Below are positions 43,835-52,942 of a stretch of 64,000 nucleotides of DNA, piece by piece; the first letter of the stretch is position 1; each line of letters starts with the position of its first letter. The notes below the pieces were generated by a model. It saw nothing but the letters and a program-made list of their open reading frames with translations, made no database searches and was not told where the DNA came from. This DNA comes from Trueperaceae bacterium (lineage in GTDB: Bacteria; Deinococcota; Deinococci; Deinococcales; Trueperaceae), in contig JAXHLW010000013.1 in assembly GCA_034521815.1 (NCBI GenBank), positions 448,001 through 512,000 on the forward strand, written 5' to 3'. The position numbers and the translations under genes were made by a program.

Positions 43835-46078
43835 TCAGTCGACGAATCCGAGGGCGCGCAGGCCCTCGAGCACCCCGTGGGCATGGGATCGCTCGACGAA
43901 GGTGATGCCGCGGCTGCCCCGGAGCTCGTCGAGCTCCTTTTCGTGGTTGCCGACCACGATGGCGGGGAACGGCGCGCGCAGCATCTCGGTGTCGTTCCCG
44001 CTGTCGCCGGCGACAGCGATGCACTTGGGGTCGAGACCCCACTTGTCGGCGAGGTAGCGGATCGCCTTGCCTTTTCCGGCCCGGTGGGGGAGCACGTCCA
44101 GGAACTGGCCGTGCGACCAGATCAGGTGGCGGCGCAGGTTCCGCTCGTCGAGCGCCTTCTCGATCTCGCGAAGTCGGTCGCCGTCCTCGAGGAAGAAGCT
44201 GAGCTTGCGGGGCGTCTGCGCCTCGTCGGGCTGCGGCTCCAGGCCGAGATCGAGCAGTACCTGCCGAATCTCGTCAGGACGCCACTTGGCCTCGAGGTGC
44301 CGCCGGTAGCCGCGGTCGGGGATCCGGTCCTTTCCGTAGCGGATGTCGCTGCCGACGTCGCACACGATCACCTGCGGCTCGGGCAGGCCGAACTCCGAGA
44401 TCGCCTCGTCGACGAGCTCCACGCTGCGCCCCGATGCCACGCCGAAGCCGACGCCGTTGGCCGCGAGCGCTTCGCTCAGCTCGCGCAGCCCCGCCGTGTC
44501 GGCGTTCGTCCCGACCAGGGTGCCGTCGATGTCGCTGATCAGCATCCGGTCCTGGGCCTGCAGGGCGCGCCCCACCGCGCTCCGCCACGGCGCGTCGGTC
44601 AGGTCCGAGACGTCCTGGTTCAGCAGCGGACGGACGGCGCTCAAGTAGCTCTCGACGTGGGCCCGCCACGAGTAGTGCCGCTTGACGCCGTCGATCCCGG
44701 CACGGCTGTAGCGGTCCCAGAGCTCCTCGTCGAGCAGGATGCGACGCAACGCGGTCTGGATGGCGTCAGCGTCCTCGGGGTCGACGAGCTCGCCGGATCC
44801 GCAGGTGTCGATGATCTCCTGCGGACCGCCGTGGTTCGTCGAGACGACCGGCAGGCCCGACGCGGAGGCTTCGATCAGGGTGATCCCGAAGTTCTCGACC
44901 AGGGCGGGGTTGATGAACACGCCGCGTCGCTCGGCCGCGAGCCGGTAGAGGACCGGGATGTCGGTGTCGGGGTCGTGCTTCTTGGGCAGGGCCAGCTTTC
45001 CGTACAGGTCGTAGCGGTCCATGCGCAGCAGCAGGTCGGTCAGCACCTCGCGCTCGTTGTCGCTCATCTCCTCGATGTCGCTTCGGACGCCGGCGAAGAT
45101 CGCCAGGTTGGCGATGTGCTGCAGCTCCTTGTCGGTGCCGTAGGCGTCGACGAGGCCGTCGATGTTCTTGCGTCGGTCGGGACGGCTGACCGCCAGGATC
45201 ATCGGCTTGTCGGTATCCGTCAGGAAGCGGTCGAGCTCGCGGCGCATGCGGACGCGCGCCTCGATCACCTCGTCGCCCGGATCGAAGGCGTTGTCCGAGT
45301 CGTAGAACCAGGGGTAGAACCGCTCGACGTCCGTTCCGGGCGCCAGCACTTGGTAGTCCGCCGACTGGTGCGCCTCGTACAGCTCGTAGCCGTACTCGAC
45401 CTCGTGGCGGGTGCTGGCGACGACCACGTCGGCCTTGCGGAGCAGCTCCTCCTCGATCTCGATGCGGTGCGAGATCTTGTAGCGCTTCTCGATCGCCTCG
45501 TCGTCGACGCCGGCGTTCTGGAGCACGCGGAGCTTGTTGCGCCCCAGCGAGTGGCCGGTGAACACCAGCGGCACCGCCAGCGCGGAGGCGAGCTCCAGCG
45601 CGACGTAGCCGGCGTCGGCGTAATGGCCGTGCACCAGGTCGGGCCGAACGCCCTGCTCGCGGTTCCAGCGCAGCACGCCCGACACGAACGCGTCGAGCGT
45701 CGGCCACAGCATCTCCTTGCGTCGGTACTTCGTGCCGCCGGCCTTGATGCGTACGATCTTCGCGCCCGGACCGAGCTCCTCGACCGGCTGGGCGTAGTCG
45801 TCCGAGACCCGATCGTCGTCGACGAGCCGGGTGAACAGCACCGCCTCGGCGACGTCTTCGTGGCGTCCGAGCGCGCGGGCCAGCTCGACGACGTACGTCG
45901 TCTGACCGCCCGTGTCGGCGTCGCGGCCGAGCTCGAGATCGTGGCCGCGGATCAGTCCGTGAATGCTGAAGAGGTGAACGATCAGGCCCCGCGAGGAGGT
46001 CTCGCCCGGACCGTCGTCGTGCGCGCCTGCGTCGCGCGGATCGTTCGAGGGGTCGGGAGCGGTGTCGGCTACGGTCAT
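43835..46078 (-). CDS. sps: sucrose-phosphate synthase with fused HAD phosphatase domain (GT4 + HAD-IIB)
   Basis: SIHGLIRG..LELGRDADTGGQ, HGHYADAG, TGHSLG, SRPDRRKN, NPALVENFG, ISDIDGTL, AGDSGND. Confidence 0.9.
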   Translation of the reverse strand: MTVADTAPDPSNDPRDAGAHDDGPGETSSRGLIVHLFSIHGLIRGHDLELGRDADTGGQTTYVVELARALGRHEDVAEAVLFTRLVDDDRVSDDYAQPVEELGPGAKIVRIKAGGTKYRRKEMLWPTLDAFVSGVLRWNREQGVRPDLVHGHYADAGYVALELASALAVPLVFTGHSLGRNKLRVLQNAGVDDEAIEKRYKISHRIEIEEELLRKADVVVASTRHEVEYGYELYEAHQSADYQVLAPGTDVERFYPWFYDSDNAFDPGDEVIEARVRMRRELDRFLTDTDKPMILAVSRPDRRKNIDGLVDAYGTDKELQHIANLAIFAGVRSDIEEMSDNEREVLTDLLLRMDRYDLYGKLALPKKHDPDTDIPVLYRLAAERRGVFINPALVENFGITLIEASASGLPVVSTNHGGPQEIIDTCGSGELVDPEDADAIQTALRRILLDEELWDRYSRAGIDGVKRHYSWRAHVESYLSAVRPLLNQDVSDLTDAPWRSAVGRALQAQDRMLISDIDGTLVGTNADTAGLRELSEALAANGVGFGVASGRSVELVDEAISEFGLPEPQVIVCDVGSDIRYGKDRIPDRGYRRHLEAKWRPDEIRQVLLDLGLEPQPDEAQTPRKLSFFLEDGDRLREIEKALDERNLRRHLIWSHGQFLDVLPHRAGKGKAIRYLADKWGLDPKCIAVAGDSGNDTEMLRAPFPAIVVGNHEKELDELRGSRGITFVERSHAHGVLEGLRALGFVD

Positions 46079-46182
46079 GGGGGATCCCTCCGCCGCCATG
46101 GTAGCCGAGCCTCGGGCCGGGTGCGTCCCCCGGGGTACCTGATCGGTCCGAGGCGGTGCTATCCTCCCGGACGGGAGGCGCG

Positions 46183-47334
46183 ATGTCGCTGTTGAACAAA
46201 CCGCCTGCGGCGCTGGCACTCGAGGACGGCACGGTGTACTACGGCTACGCGTTCGGTCATCCCGGGCGCACGGTCGGCGAGATCGTGTTCAACACCTCGA
46301 TGACGGGCTACCAGGAGATCCTGACCGATCCCAGCTATCACGGCCAGATCGTGACGATGACGTATCCGCACATCGGGAACTACGGCGTCTCGGTGTACGA
46401 CATGGAGTCGAACCGGCCGTTCGCGCGTGGCTTCATCGTGCGCGAGTTCTCGCGCGCGGCCAGCAACCACCGCGCCAACCAGGATCTGCAGAGCTTCATG
46501 GAGCAGCACCTGATCGTCGGGATCGAGGGGATCGACACGCGGGCGCTGACGCGTCGGCTGCGGACCGGTGGCGTGATCAAGGGCGTGATCCACCACGGCC
46601 CGGTCGACGATGCGCTCGAGGCCGAGCTGGTGCAGCACGCGCGCGAGCACGAGGACATCGACGGTCGCGACATGACGCCCGAGGTGACGACGCCCCTGCC
46701 GTACGCCCGGCCCAGCTTCCAGGAGACGCCGCGGGTCGTGGTGATCGACTTCGGGATCAAGCACTCGATCGTGTACAAGCTCGAGCAGGCCGGGGCCGAG
46801 GTCATCGTCGTTCCTGCGCAGACGACGCCGGCGCAGATCATGGCGCTCGACCCGTACGGCCTGGTCCTGTCGAACGGGCCGGGCGACCCGGATGGACCGA
46901 AGTACGCGCACGACACGGTGTGGCAGATGTTGGGCCTGCTCCCGACGTACGGGATCTGCATGGGACATCAGCTGTTGGGGCTGGCGGTCGGGGGGCGGAC
47001 GTACAAGCTCGCGCACGGCCATCACGGCGCCAACACGCCGGTGAAGAACGTGGTCACCGGGGAGGTCGAGATCACCAGCCAGAACCACAACTACGCGGTC
47101 GACATCGACTCGATTCCCGGTGGTCAGTTCCGCGCGACGCACATCAACCTGAACGACGGAACGCTCGAGGGCATGGCGCACGAGCGTTATCCCGTGTTCA
47201 GCGTCCAGTACCATCCCGAGGCCAGCCCCGGCCCGCACGACGCGAACTACCTGTTCCGCCGCTTCATCGGAGAGGTGAACGCGTTCGAGGGCGCAGCGTC
47301 GGTGCCGCAGCCCGCGTCGCTGGCCGAGGTCTGA
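46183..47334 (+). CDS. carA: carbamoyl-phosphate synthase small subunit
   Basis: [38 protein letters not shown]. Confidence 0.97.
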   Translation: MSLLNKPPAALALEDGTVYYGYAFGHPGRTVGEIVFNTSMTGYQEILTDPSYHGQIVTMTYPHIGNYGVSVYDMESNRPFARGFIVREFSRAASNHRANQDLQSFMEQHLIVGIEGIDTRALTRRLRTGGVIKGVIHHGPVDDALEAELVQHAREHEDIDGRDMTPEVTTPLPYARPSFQETPRVVVIDFGIKHSIVYKLEQAGAEVIVVPAQTTPAQIMALDPYGLVLSNGPGDPDGPKYAHDTVWQMLGLLPTYGICMGHQLLGLAVGGRTYKLAHGHHGANTPVKNVVTGEVEITSQNHNYAVDIDSIPGGQFRATHINLNDGTLEGMAHERYPVFSVQYHPEASPGPHDANYLFRRFIGEVNAFEGAASVPQPASLAEV

Positions 47335-47382
47335 GGCGGCGAGGCTGAGGCGGCGAGGCTGACGCGCGGCGAGGCTGACGCG
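47331..47382 (+). repeat. 14-nt decaying tandem repeat (CTGAGGCGGCGAGG) starting at the carA stop
   Basis: Units at 47331, 47345, 47359 (16 nt) and 47375 (partial). It fills the whole intergenic gap. Confidence 0.9.
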
Positions 47383-47384
47383 AC

Positions 47385-47813
47385 TCAGTTCAGGGTGCGC
47401 GGCGGCGCGCCGGGACCGCTCCAGCGCCTGCGCCGCCACAGGTACGTCCCCAGCCCCAGCGGTCCGGCCCACCACGTCAGGACCAGCTCCCAGCGGGGGA
47501 GGCGGCCGTAGTAGCGGGCGTCGCGGAAGATCCAGGTGCCGGCGAACAGGTCCAGGGCGACCATGTGCGTCCATGCGGTGAGGAACCCCCACGGCCCGGC
47601 GACGGCCGAGGCCAGTGACGCGGCGTCCAGACTTCTGGGTGCCGGCCCGGCCAGGAGCGATCCCGACAGCAAGGCCAGGTAGACGCCCGCCAGCGCGATG
47701 AACGGCCATGGCGAGGTGACCAGCTTCACGGTCGTGCGGCTCTTCGGGAACAGCAGCATCGACAGCCACCAGGGGAGGGTCGCCAGGCTCACCAGCGCGA
47801 ACACGGTGTCCAT
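47385..47813 (-). CDS. ABA4-like (DUF4281) membrane protein
   Basis: LPWWLSMLLFP, AWTHMVALDLFAGTWI, GPLGL. Confidence 0.8.
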   Translation of the reverse strand: MDTVFALVSLATLPWWLSMLLFPKSRTTVKLVTSPWPFIALAGVYLALLSGSLLAGPAPRSLDAASLASAVAGPWGFLTAWTHMVALDLFAGTWIFRDARYYGRLPRWELVLTWWAGPLGLGTYLWRRRRWSGPGAPPRTLN

Positions 47814-48271
47814 CAGCGGGCGCTTCCGAGCTCGTCGCCGTCCAGCCAGATCGTGACCGGACCGTCGTTCACGAGCTCCACCTCCATGTGCGCCTGGAAC
47901 GTGCCGGTCTGGACCGTGACGCCGTGCCCACGGAGGGCCTCGACGAAACGGGCGTAGAGCTCGTCGGCTCGCTCGGGTGGCGCCGCCGCGACGAAGCTGG
48001 GACGGTTTCCCTTGCGGGCGTCGGCGAACAGGGTGAACTGACTCACCACCAGCGCCGCGCCCTCCACGTCGGTGAGCGCCAGGTTCATCTTGCCTTCGGC
48101 GTCGTCGAGCACCCTGAGCTTGGCGATCTTGCGGGCCAGCGCCGCGGCGTTTTCCGTGCCGTCGTCGCGGCCGACCCCGAGCAGAATGAGGAATCCTCGG
48201 CCGATGCGTCCCACCGTCGCGCCGTCGACCCGGACCTCGGCCCTGGAGACGCGCTGAATCAGCGCACGCAT
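47813..48271 (-). CDS. dtd: D-aminoacyl-tRNA deacylase
   Basis: [27 protein letters not shown]. Confidence 0.96.
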   Translation of the reverse strand: MRALIQRVSRAEVRVDGATVGRIGRGFLILLGVGRDDGTENAAALARKIAKLRVLDDAEGKMNLALTDVEGAALVVSQFTLFADARKGNRPSFVAAAPPERADELYARFVEALRGHGVTVQTGTFQAHMEVELVNDGPVTIWLDGDELGSAR

Positions 48272-48570
48272 CAGTTCGTCGTGTCCGGTTCGTGCAGCGG
48301 CAGCGAGGTGGCTCCGTCGGTGCCATCCTTCAGCCCCGAGCGGAGCCTGCCGATCGCGTCGTGCAGGGCCGCGCGCTCGGTCTCGTCGAGGTTGCCGGCG
48401 GTCTTTTCGTGCAGCATCTCGAGCAGCGCCAAGCTCCGCTCGGCGGTTCGGCGCGAGCGCAGGCCGTCACGGTCCAGGTGCCGACCCATCGGGCTGTGCT
48501 CCTCGCCCAACGACGCCTGCGCCGACGCGAGCACGCTGTGCACGAGGCCGACGAAGCGGGGATCGGGCAT
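48271..48570 (-). CDS. DUF1844-domain protein
   Basis: FVGLVHS...[16 protein letters not shown]; stop/start overlaps on both sides. Confidence 0.78.
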   Translation of the reverse strand: MPDPRFVGLVHSVLASAQASLGEEHSPMGRHLDRDGLRSRRTAERSLALLEMLHEKTAGNLDETERAALHDAIGRLRSGLKDGTDGATSLPLHEPDTTN

Positions 48571-49184
48571 CAGAACAGCCCCTGCTGATGGGCGGTGTCG
48601 ATCGGGACCGGCGCGCGGTCGTCCGGCAGGGCGTCCAGGGTCGCCTTGAGGACCTTCATCGCTTCCCACATCTTCCATTTCGGGCCGTTCTTGTCGCGGC
48701 TGGGGTTGCGCAGCAGGTAGGCGGGATGGAACAGCGGCATCAGGCGGATGCCGTTCCACTCGTGCCAGGTTCCGTGCAGGCGGGTGATGCCTTCGCTGGT
48801 CTCCAAGAACCACTGGCTGGGCACGTTCCCCAGCGTCGCGATGATCTTGGGCTTCACGATGCGGATCTGCTGCAGCAGGATCTCGGCGCTGGCCCGGATC
48901 TCCTCGGGGCGAGGATTGCGGTTTCCTGGAGGTCTACGCTTGACGAGGTTCGTGATGTACACGTCGTCGCGGTGCAGCTCGACGCTCTCCAGGATCCGAT
49001 CGAGCAGCTGCCCCGCCCGTCCGACGAACGGACGACCCGACCGGTCCTCCTCCTCGCCCGGGGCCTCGCCGATGATCATCAGGTCGGCGTCTTCGGGGCC
49101 TTCGCCGAAGACCAGGGCGTCGGACAGATCGGAGAGGGCGGCGGGCGCGTCCGCGGCTTGACGCTCGAGCTCGGCCAAGGTCAT
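48570..49184 (-). CDS. uracil-DNA glycosylase, family 4 type
   Basis: IGEAPGEEED..GRPFVGRAG, RPPGNRNP, FHPAYLLR. The usual Fe-S cysteines are absent. Confidence 0.9.
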   Translation of the reverse strand: MTLAELERQAADAPAALSDLSDALVFGEGPEDADLMIIGEAPGEEEDRSGRPFVGRAGQLLDRILESVELHRDDVYITNLVKRRPPGNRNPRPEEIRASAEILLQQIRIVKPKIIATLGNVPSQWFLETSEGITRLHGTWHEWNGIRLMPLFHPAYLLRNPSRDKNGPKWKMWEAMKVLKATLDALPDDRAPVPIDTAHQQGLF

Positions 49185-49218
49185 GCCGAGGTTGTACCAC
49201 GCACCGCTGCCGCTCTTC

Positions 49219-49587
49219 TCAGCTCAGCGACGGCCGCTGGCTGCGGACTTCGCGGCGCACCTTGGGCTCGAGCCCGATCATCAGAAAGAAGTTCTCGAGC
49301 GCGTTCTCGCGGCCTTTCACGTCGACGTGGTCCTCAGGAGGCGTACCGGTCACGAACGGCAGGCTCTTGTACAGCTCCAGGGCCGAACGGGCGACCTCTT
49401 CCGCGGTTCCGGCGGCCGCAGCCTCGGCCAGCTGGGCGTACACGTCCCGACGCGCCTCGGCGTGGCGCCGGAAGGCGTCGGGATGGTCGGCCTGATCTGC
49501 GCGGAGTAGGTCCTGCTTGGCGATGCGCCGGTAGTGCTTGAGGCCCCGAAGGATCTCGTCGGTGCTCAACACGACCTTGACGTCCAT
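49219..49587 (-). CDS. conserved hypothetical protein (122 aa)
   Basis: GGAAGGAG SD; GC-ending codons; LPFVTG, KGRENALENFF. Confidence 0.75.
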   Translation of the reverse strand: MDVKVVLSTDEILRGLKHYRRIAKQDLLRADQADHPDAFRRHAEARRDVYAQLAEAAAAGTAEEVARSALELYKSLPFVTGTPPEDHVDVKGRENALENFFLMIGLEPKVRREVRSQRPSLS

Positions 49588-49666
49588 GCGCGCTCCTTCC
49601 GAACGGACACGACCGAGGCGTCGCCCCGTCGCGCCGCTGGCTGCGCTTAGCGTAGCCTTGCGCGCT

Positions 49667-49894
49667 TCAGGCGCGCAACGGTCGTTTGGGGACCGGCGCG
49701 TCCACCTCGTCGTCGCGCGTCAGAACGTCGCCCGACGCTCGCTGGAGGTCGGCGATCGCCTCGGCGTCGCTGCGGTAGCCGCAGGTACGACACTCGAGCT
49801 CGTCGAACCCTTCCTCGAAGCGCCAGCTGATCGTGCGTTCGCTGCCGCACTCGGGACAGGGCACGCCTTCGAAGCTTCCTTCCGCGTCGATCAC
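49667..49894 (-). CDS. small zinc-ribbon protein (75 aa)
   Basis: CPECG...CRTCGY; purine-rich SD. Confidence 0.7.
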   Translation of the reverse strand: MIDAEGSFEGVPCPECGSERTISWRFEEGFDELECRTCGYRSDAEAIADLQRASGDVLTRDDEVDAPVPKRPLRA

Positions 49895-49908
49895 GCTCCA
49901 CCCCCTCT

Positions 49909-50011
49909 AGGCTCCAAGGCTAGCCGAGGCGACCCCCGGACGGCGTGGTCCGGAGGACCTCGCTCGAGGTGACGCGAGGCGCAGGAGCGCGTCCGCGCCA
50001 GCCTTGGGCCT
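49909..50011 (-). ncRNA. candidate structured RNA (three-way junction) upstream of the zinc-ribbon gene
   Basis: 15-bp closing stem with one bulge and a G-U pair on the minus strand, enclosing two hairpins. Confidence 0.35.
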
Positions 50012-50038
50012 GCCGACGAGCGTCGCCAGCCTTCTGCA

Positions 50039-51718
50039 CTACTCGGACGCGTCCGACGTCGCTGCGCTGCTCGGGGCGCTCGACGAGCTGCCGCTCGACC
50101 CGGCCTGAGCGCGACGGCGCGCCGCACGCTCGAGCAGGTCGCGGGCCGTCACGATCGCGGCGTCGCCTTCGTGGCCGGCCAGCATCCGTGCGAGCTCGCG
50201 TTCCCGCTCGGCGTCGCCCAGCGGCTCGACGACGGTGGTCGTTCGGCCCTCCTCGACGAGCTTTCCGACACGCACGTGGCGATCGGCGTGGGCGGCGACC
50301 TGGGCGAGGTGGGTCACGACCAGGACCTGATGGCGGCGGGCGAGCTCGGCGAGGAGCTCGCCGACGGCCGCGGCGGCGCGTCCGCCCACCCCCGCGTCGA
50401 CCTCGTCGAACACGAGCGTGGGGCGGTCGCTGCCCGTCACCAGCCACAGCGCCAGCATCACGCGCGAGAGCTCGCCGCCCGAGGCGGCCTGTGCCAGCGG
50501 TGCCAGGGCTTCGCCAGGATCGGCCGCGAAGTCGAATCGGATGCGGTCGCCACCGTGCGGTCCGGGCGGAGCGGGATCGACGGCCACCTCCAGTCGGGCA
50601 CCGACGAGAGCGAGCCGGGCCAGCAGCGGCGCCACGTCGCTGGACAGTCGCGCTGCCGCTTCGCGGCGCGCCGTACGGAGCGTTCCTGCCAGCTCGGCGA
50701 GGTGCTCGTCCAGGCGGGCCAGGCGAGTCTCGAGCTGTTCGCTCCGGAGGTCGTGCGCTTCGAGGCCGGCGCGCTCCTCGGCGGCCTCCGCGCGGAAGGC
50801 GAGCACCGCAGCGGAGCCGTCGCCGTACTTCGCGAACAGGCGTTGCAGCGCCGCGAGACGGCTCTCGACCTGATCCTGCCGTCTGGGATCGGCGTCCACG
50901 TCGTCCAAGAAGGCCTGGAGCTCGCTGGCGACCGCTTGCGCTCCCTGCGACGCGTCGGCCAGGTCTCGCACCAGCGCCCCGAGCCGGTCGTCGAGCCGTG
51001 CGGCGCCGTCGAGGTCGCGACGGGACCGAAGAAGCGACTCGACCGCGCCTTCTTCGGCGTCCAGGCCTGCCAGAGCGGACGCGACCCCTTGGCGGATCGT
51101 GTCCGCGTGACGGAGCCGCCGGGCTTCCGACGCGAGCCGGTCCTCTTCACCGATCTCGAGATCGGCCGCGTCGATCTCGGCGACCTGGAGGTCGAGCAGG
51201 TCGGCACGCTGCAGACGCTCCCGAGCGTCGGCGCGCAGGCGGTCGAGCTCGGCGCTCGTGTCGCGCCGCTCCTGCCAGGCGCTGCGCCAGGCCGCTGCCG
51301 CCTGGGCGCCCCGGTCGTCGAGAAGGCGGTCCAACGACTCGCGTTGCGCGGACGCCGAGAGAAGCGCCTGCTGGGCGTGCTGCGCGAACACGGCGACGCG
51401 GGCGCCGACCGCCTGAGCCAGCTCGGCGACGGTGACCAGCTCGCCGTCGAGGCGCGCGTGATTGCGCCCCTCGGCCACCAGCACTCTCGAGGCGGAGGCC
51501 GGCTCGTCGTGCACGAACTCGGCTTGGACCAGCGCCCGCTGCGTGCCACGGCGAATCAGCCCGGACTCGGCGCGCACCCCGGTCAACAGGCCCAAGGCGT
51601 CGACCAACAGCGATTTGCCTGCGCCGGTCTCGCCGGTCAGGACGTTCAGGCCGGGATGGGTGTCCAGCCGCGCGGTGGCGACCAGGACGAAGTCGCGGAG
51701 CTCGAGGGCGCTCAGCAC
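50039..51718 (-). CDS. recN: DNA repair protein RecN
   Basis: TGETGAGKS, coiled coil, ASGGELSR, FDEVDAGVGG, THLAQVAA; TATCCT-N6-GTG. Confidence 0.95.
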   Translation of the reverse strand: MLSALELRDFVLVATARLDTHPGLNVLTGETGAGKSLLVDALGLLTGVRAESGLIRRGTQRALVQAEFVHDEPASASRVLVAEGRNHARLDGELVTVAELAQAVGARVAVFAQHAQQALLSASAQRESLDRLLDDRGAQAAAAWRSAWQERRDTSAELDRLRADARERLQRADLLDLQVAEIDAADLEIGEEDRLASEARRLRHADTIRQGVASALAGLDAEEGAVESLLRSRRDLDGAARLDDRLGALVRDLADASQGAQAVASELQAFLDDVDADPRRQDQVESRLAALQRLFAKYGDGSAAVLAFRAEAAEERAGLEAHDLRSEQLETRLARLDEHLAELAGTLRTARREAAARLSSDVAPLLARLALVGARLEVAVDPAPPGPHGGDRIRFDFAADPGEALAPLAQAASGGELSRVMLALWLVTGSDRPTLVFDEVDAGVGGRAAAAVGELLAELARRHQVLVVTHLAQVAAHADRHVRVGKLVEEGRTTTVVEPLGDAERERELARMLAGHEGDAAIVTARDLLERAARRRAQAGSSGSSSSAPSSAATSDASE

Positions 51719-51722
51719 CCCG

Positions 51723-52781
51723 TCAGGATAGCCCGGGGTCCGTCGTCGGTCCGGCGCCGGTGGGCACGGCGCCCTGATCGCCTGGTCCGTGGCGCTGCAG
51801 CTCTCGGCCGATGGCCTTCAGGACGCGGTCGCGTGCCGCGTTCAGGTCGGAGCCGGCCAGCTTGGCGCCCGCCGCGGCGACGTGCCCCCCGCCGCCCAGC
51901 TCGACGCAGATCGCCTGGGCCGAGACGGGCGCGCGCGCACGCATGCTCACCTTCACCGCATCGTCCTTCTGCTTCAGCAGCGCGGCGACCTCGACGCCTT
52001 CGACGTAGCGGATCATCCCGACGTAGTCGTCACTGTCGTCCCCGCCTTCGCGGAATCGCTCCTTCATCTCGAGCGTGACCGTGGCCAGCGACGCCCGCCC
52101 GTCGAACGGCAGCTCGAGCGTGTCCATCACGGCGCCCAGCATCCGGTAGAACGACGGCGTGCGGAGCTGAAGCCGGTCGGTGAGCCCGGCGTAGTCCACG
52201 CCGACGGCGATCAGGTCGCCGGCGGTGCGCAACACCTCGCGGTCGGTGTTCGCGAAGCGGAACGTTCCCGTGTCGGTGAGGATGCCGGCCAGGCACGGGG
52301 TCGCCAAATCCACCGTCCAGGGCACGGGCAGCGCGTCGACGATGTCCTTCACGATCTGCGCCGTCGCGGCCGCGCCCGGCTGGACCAGCGCCAGGTCGCC
52401 GAAGCGTGGATTGGTGCCGTGATGGTCGACGTTCACCACGAACGCGGCGCCGTCCAGCGGCGCGCCCGCCATCCTGCTCGCCTCGGCGACGTCCAGCACG
52501 GCGAGGAGCGCCCCGTCGGGAAGCTTCTCGAGAGGGGCCGCGACCTCGCCCTCGCGCACCAGGAAGCGGACGTACGGCGGCGGGTCCATGGGCAGGACGG
52601 TCGTCTTGCCCATCGCGTCCAGCGCGCGCTTGAGCGTCAGCGTGCTCCCCAGGGCGTCGCCGTCGGGGTCGACGTGCGCTGCGAGCACGATCGGTCCGTC
52701 CCACGTGACGAGGCGCTCGGCGATGGCGGCGATCTTGGCCGGGTAGTCGCGTTCGTTTCGGTTGTCGACGGGAGGGTGCAT
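51723..52781 (-). CDS. nrnA: DHH/DHHA1 phosphoesterase (nanoRNase/pAp phosphatase)
   Basis: HVDPDGDALGS, VDHH, TDTG.F, SMR, GGGGHVAAAG; TATCAT-N7-ATG. Confidence 0.92.
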   Translation of the reverse strand: MHPPVDNRNERDYPAKIAAIAERLVTWDGPIVLAAHVDPDGDALGSTLTLKRALDAMGKTTVLPMDPPPYVRFLVREGEVAAPLEKLPDGALLAVLDVAEASRMAGAPLDGAAFVVNVDHHGTNPRFGDLALVQPGAAATAQIVKDIVDALPVPWTVDLATPCLAGILTDTGTFRFANTDREVLRTAGDLIAVGVDYAGLTDRLQLRTPSFYRMLGAVMDTLELPFDGRASLATVTLEMKERFREGGDDSDDYVGMIRYVEGVEVAALLKQKDDAVKVSMRARAPVSAQAICVELGGGGHVAAAGAKLAGSDLNAARDRVLKAIGRELQRHGPGDQGAVPTGAGPTTDPGLS

Positions 52782-52866
52782 GGCCGCGATGATACCCGCG
52801 CATGCGGACGCGACCGACCTCGTTCGTCCGCGCTCGACGCGGCGGAGGGGCGAACGCGGACGGCGA

Positions 52867-52906
52867 GACGGACAGGGAGTGACGGACAGGGAGTGACGGA
52901 CAGAGA
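52867..52906 (+). repeat. 14-nt tandem repeat x2.7 (GACGGACAGGGAGT)
   Basis: Lies in the divergent promoter region between nrnA and the protease gene. Confidence 0.88.
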
Positions 52907-52942
52907 ACAGACGCAGCCGCGAACGCGTACGATACTCACTCC

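Noticed and set aside
49909-50011. Identification as SRP RNA or Y RNA
   Set aside because: It lacks the SRP CAGG..GGAA..AGCAG loop and the Y-RNA GGUCCGA/CUUGAC core, and no Ro60 gene is nearby. Kept only as an unassigned structure.
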